Assembly: GCA_020721905.1 (NCBI GenBank)
Contig: DYLU01000006.1
Span: forward strand, 918-64,917
DNA from: Leptospira biflexa
GTDB lineage: Bacteria; Spirochaetota; UBA4802; UB4802
DNA length: 64,000 nt
Direction: 5' to 3'
Part shown: one piece after another, positions 61,302 to 64,000 of the stretch
Numbering within the stretch: the stretch's first letter is position 1
Layout of the letters: each line of letters begins with the position of its first letter
Made by a program: the position numbers and the translations under genes
Notes under the pieces: generated by a model
What the model saw: the letters and a program-made list of their open reading frames with translations, nothing else
Database searches by the model: none
Told to the model about the DNA's origin: nothing

Positions 61302-62237
61302 TCATATTTTTTTATAAAACCTTCCGCGAGCTTCATCAAAATACTCAACAACACCCTGCTTCAGCATTTCATCAAGTATCTGCTGTACTAACAGATTGTC
61401 TTTGCTCAGCGAATAGGCTAAATCCTCAACTGTAGATGGCCTTCGTTCAATGGTGGATAGTATCATTTCTTCCAATGGCAGCCGTAACTCAAGTAACCGG
61501 TACTCAGGTGTGCCGGGGATATCCACCGGTATTGGTGCAAAATAAAGTGCATACTGCTGTAAGGTTTTCACATCAACGCTTTGCACCCATTTCTCTGTAC
61601 CGGGCCTGTCTAAATAATTAAGCTGAACTCTGTCAGGATTAATAAAATGTGCTGCATCAGCCAGAGCATTGAGCTCTTCAGTGGTATTGTTAATACCCGG
61701 TACAATGAAAATTTCAAGTATCAGTAATCCCTTGAACTCTTTTTTAAATTGAGCAATGCCTTCAATAATTTTTTCAAGCTGTAGCTCCGGGGATGGCCTG
61801 CATATTTTTTTAAAAGCATGCTCTGTTGCAGCATCCAGTGAAGGAATAACAATATCAGCGTTGTACAATCTACTGCGTACGTCCTTTTGCCACAGCAATG
61901 TTCCGTTAGTCAGTACTGCTATGGTGTAGCGATAGTTACTCTTTATATAGTCTATGATGGTGCCTATCCCACTGTGCAATGTTGGCTCACCTGATCCTGA
62001 AAAGGTAATAACATCAATAGCAGGTTGTTGTGAGAGAATCTTATCAAGTTCAGCAATAACACCAGCCACAGGAACATATTCTTGTGCTTTGGTGGTTATA
62101 TGTGTGGTTTTTCCGCATTCACAGTATACACAGTTAAGTGTGCAGGTTTTGTGCGGTACAATATCAACACCCAGCGATACGCCAAGCCGCCGTGACTGAA
62201 CAGGCCCAAAGCAATACTGCAGTGTATGATTACTCAT
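61302..62237 (-). CDS. Radical SAM protein (COG0731-like) with a C-terminal winged-helix-like tail
   Basis: The track ORF is 61302..62396. The likely start is the ATG at 62237 (MSNHTLQYCFGPVQSRRLGVSLGVDIVPHKTCTLNCVYCECG). The track extension would add an implausible N-terminus (…PSSRAWFPPASFRAPTRNLPLFTHSGSRTHSPK…). FGPVxSRRLGxSLG + CxxxCxxC is a recurrent N-terminus of this rSAM family. Confidence 0.7.
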   Translation of the reverse strand: MSNHTLQYCFGPVQSRRLGVSLGVDIVPHKTCTLNCVYCECGKTTHITTKAQEYVPVAGVIAELDKILSQQPAIDVITFSGSGEPTLHSGIGTIIDYIKSNYRYTIAVLTNGTLLWQKDVRSRLYNADIVIPSLDAATEHAFKKICRPSPELQLEKIIEGIAQFKKEFKGLLILEIFIVPGINNTTEELNALADAAHFINPDRVQLNYLDRPGTEKWVQSVDVKTLQQYALYFAPIPVDIPGTPEYRLLELRLPLEEMILSTIERRPSTVEDLAYSLSKDNLLVQQILDEMLKQGVVEYFDEARGRFYKKI

Positions 62238-62490
62238 AATAGTTTTATTATAGCATAAAGTAATAACAAAGACGTAAAATTTTGGTGAATGTGTACGTGA
62301 ACCGGAATGGGTAAAAAGTGGGAGATTCCGTGTCGGAGCACGGAATGACGCTGGGGGAAACCAGGCACGGGATGACGGCAGTAGCAAAATTACCACTGAG
62401 ATTTTTATTATAAAATTTTTACTTGCCTGTTTACATTACAACCTGCATACTGTTCATTCATAAATTTATGCAAACAAAGGAAAAATAAAC

Positions 62491-63681
62491 ATGAGCGATA
62501 TCGTCATAAAGAAAAGCTATGAAGAAATAAACGCAAAGATACAAAAAGGTGATGCCGTTGTTGTCACGGCCGAAGAAATGGTAAGCATTGTTAAATCCGA
62601 AGGCTACAAATCAGCATTTAAAAAAGTTGATGTGGTAACTACCGGTACATTTGGCACCATGTGCTCAAGCGGCGCCTTTATCAACTTTGGACATACCCGC
62701 CCTAAAATTAAAGCAAGCAAGGTGTGGCTCAATGATGTTGAAGCATATGCAGGCCTTGCTGCTGTTGATATTTATATTGGCGCCGCACAGGTTCAGGAAG
62801 ATGACCCCTTGAATAAAGTGCATCCCGGCCGTTTTAAATATGGTGGTGGGCATGTTATAGAAGATTTAATTGCTGGAAAACCCGTTAAACTGAAAGCCAA
62901 AGCTTATGGCACGGATTGCTATCCCTTGCGTGAATATGAAGCAACCGTAACCATCAATGACCTGCGTGATGCATTTTTATACAACCCCCGCAATGCCTAT
63001 CAAAATTACAACTGCGCGGTAAATCAATCAAAAAAAACAATCTACACCTATATGGGGATACTGCGCCCCAATATGGGCAATGCAACCTATTCAAGTGCAG
63101 GACAGCTCAGCCCTCTTTTAAAAGACCCATACTACTGGACAATAGGCGTTGGCACCAAGATCTTTCTTGCAGGGGCTGTTGGTGCTGTTACCTGGCGTGG
63201 CACTCAACATGCACCGGATGCACCGCGAGGTGATAACGGTGTGGTGCGTTCAGGGGCTGGTACCATTGCCGTAACCGGCGATATGAAACAGATGTCGGCT
63301 CAATTCATTAAAGGTGCATCAATTACCGGATATGGTTGTTCGCTTATGGTTGGGTTGGGTATTCCTGTTCCAATTTTAAACGAGGACCTGGCATTTTTTA
63401 CCGGCGTGTCGGATGACCAGATATTTTGTCAGGTGGTTGATTACGGCTATGACTACCCCAATGCAATAGGGCGGGTGGTTGCAGAAGTCAGTTACGCACA
63501 GCTAAAATCAGGATTCATTGAAATTGGTGGTAAACGCATCCCAACTGCACCTCTTTCAAGCTATCCCATGGCAAAAAAGATTGCCACTACGTTGAAAGAG
63601 TGGATACAATCAAAAAACTTTACATTAGGACAGCCACAAATACTTCTGCCTTCGGTACCCTATGACAAACGCCATGAGTAA
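62491..63681 (+). CDS. COG1900/DUF39 protein (L-aspartate-semialdehyde sulfurtransferase-like; alternative homocysteine biosynthesis)
   Basis: 396 aa. N-terminus …YEEINAKIQKGDAVVVTAEEMVSIVKSEGYKSAFKKVDVVTTGTFGTMCSSGAFINFGH… matches the MA1821-type family. Confidence 0.75.
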   Translation: MSDIVIKKSYEEINAKIQKGDAVVVTAEEMVSIVKSEGYKSAFKKVDVVTTGTFGTMCSSGAFINFGHTRPKIKASKVWLNDVEAYAGLAAVDIYIGAAQVQEDDPLNKVHPGRFKYGGGHVIEDLIAGKPVKLKAKAYGTDCYPLREYEATVTINDLRDAFLYNPRNAYQNYNCAVNQSKKTIYTYMGILRPNMGNATYSSAGQLSPLLKDPYYWTIGVGTKIFLAGAVGAVTWRGTQHAPDAPRGDNGVVRSGAGTIAVTGDMKQMSAQFIKGASITGYGCSLMVGLGIPVPILNEDLAFFTGVSDDQIFCQVVDYGYDYPNAIGRVVAEVSYAQLKSGFIEIGGKRIPTAPLSSYPMAKKIATTLKEWIQSKNFTLGQPQILLPSVPYDKRHE

Positions 63682-64000
63682 TATATTGCCGTACAGAACC
63701 AGGCTTGCCACACGTTTTACCACATTTGAGGTGCGTGTTGAAACAACCAATCTTTATATATGCGCTCATTCCAATGTATATGACAGGGCGATAGTTCTGG
63801 TTAAAAGCTTAAGGAACGATATTGCAACCTATAGCAAAAAAGATCCACAGTTTCTTACGGCTCTGACCCCGCTTGAGCCTGAATTTACAGCGCCAGAGGT
63901 TGTGCAACGGATGTGCAAGGCTTCGGTAATGGCAGGAGTTGGTCCCATGGCAGCAGTAGCAGGCGCTATTGCCCAGATGGTGGGCGAAGATTTGGTGCGC
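63674..64000 (+). CDS. UPF0280/COG2122-like protein (partial; the 3' end runs off the window)
   Basis: ATG at 63674 overlaps the upstream stop (ATGAGTAA). MSNILPYRTRLATRFTTFEVRVETTNLYI…ASVMAGVGPMAAVAGAIAQMVGEDLVR. The GVGPMAAVAGAIA motif is typical of UPF0280 / ApbE-like proteins, which are associated with COG1900 genes. Confidence 0.5.
   Translation, partial: MSNILPYRTRLATRFTTFEVRVETTNLYICAHSNVYDRAIVLVKSLRNDIATYSKKDPQFLTALTPLEPEFTAPEVVQRMCKASVMAGVGPMAAVAGAIAQMVGEDLVR

Noticed and set aside
61287-61306. ATGAATTT-AAAT-AAATTCAT palindrome at the radical SAM gene stop, as a terminator
   Set aside because: The stem is AT-only, and it is flanked by A/T runs on both sides and overlaps the stop codon. 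This is too weak to call a Rho-independent terminator. It may be incidental AT-rich symmetry.
62238-62490. Classifying the COG1900 leader as a SAM-I (S-box) or SAH riboswitch
   Set aside because: I could not find the S-box hallmark elements (GAGGGA kink-turn/GCAACC/GGUGC…AGAG P1 closure) or the SAH core motifs. Only a generic alternative-pairing observation is reported.
1-64000. Search for CRISPR arrays, transposases/IS elements, integrases, toxin-antitoxin pairs or phage-defence islands
   Set aside because: No regularly spaced direct repeats, no DDE/tyrosine-recombinase-like ORFs and no obvious small toxin/antitoxin pairs were seen. Nearly all intergenic space is accounted for by promoters and terminators of core genes.

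Overview
This 64 kb window reads as a gene-dense chromosomal core region of a moderately AT-rich bacterium. GC content was not computed; by eye it is roughly 38-40%. Most genes lie on the minus strand in tight operons with many overlapping stop/start codons. I found no CRISPR array, transposase, integrase or phage gene.

Confident housekeeping calls:
- DNA repair and replication restart: mfd, recG.
- Membrane and secretion: ftsH, secA, and a possible lolA-like gene at the window start.
- RNA and tRNA metabolism: tilS, ybeY, aspS, rsmA(ksgA), and one CAU-anticodon tRNA.
- The phoH-pgpH(7TM-HD)-ybeY cluster.
- Cell-wall and sugar precursors: glmM, and a PgcA-type phosphoglucomutase.
- proB-obg, and rplU-prp-rpmA followed by a terminator.
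- hisB-hisH-hisA.
- The heat-shock operon hrcA-grpE-dnaK-dnaJ, with a perfect CIRCE operator and a sigma-70-like promoter.
- myo-inositol-1-phosphate synthase.
- Several Rho-independent terminators.

Less ordinary content:
1. carB (carbamoyl-phosphate synthase large subunit) is visibly decayed. It has two in-frame nonsense codons at conserved positions and a +1 frameshift in a T6 run, but it keeps its RBS and terminator.
2. A 954-aa outer-membrane protein fuses an HExxH Zn-peptidase-like module, TolB-like repeats and an Omp85/BamA-type C-terminal beta-barrel. It heads an operon that runs through hisBHA into a GAF-GGDEF diguanylate cyclase. hisF is not where it is expected.
3. A Prp (L27-processing protease) homologue sits between L21 and L27, although the encoded L27 has no N-terminal propeptide.
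4. An unusual minus-strand operon reads rnfB-like, fliG (singleton), rsmA, an 811-aa TIGR03960/DUF2344-type radical SAM fusion, then an SDR. Two further radical SAM genes lie within 8 kb.
5. A COG1900 (DUF39) homocysteine-biosynthesis gene is translationally coupled (ATGA overlap) to a UPF0280/COG2122-like gene. A 253-nt leader precedes it and offers mutually exclusive pairings.
6. A lipoprotein pair includes a protein with four tandem PPC (pre-peptidase C-terminal) domains.
7. ftsH is co-transcribed with an unknown 553-aa acidic protein and a YecA-like SEC-C protein.

Several features together hint at a spirochaete-like organism: the singleton FliG, Prp between L21 and L27, the PPC repeats and the hrcA-grpE-dnaK-dnaJ order. 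This cannot be established from the window alone.

The ORF track reports TTG and GTG starts as M; the MIPS and carB starts are TTG.
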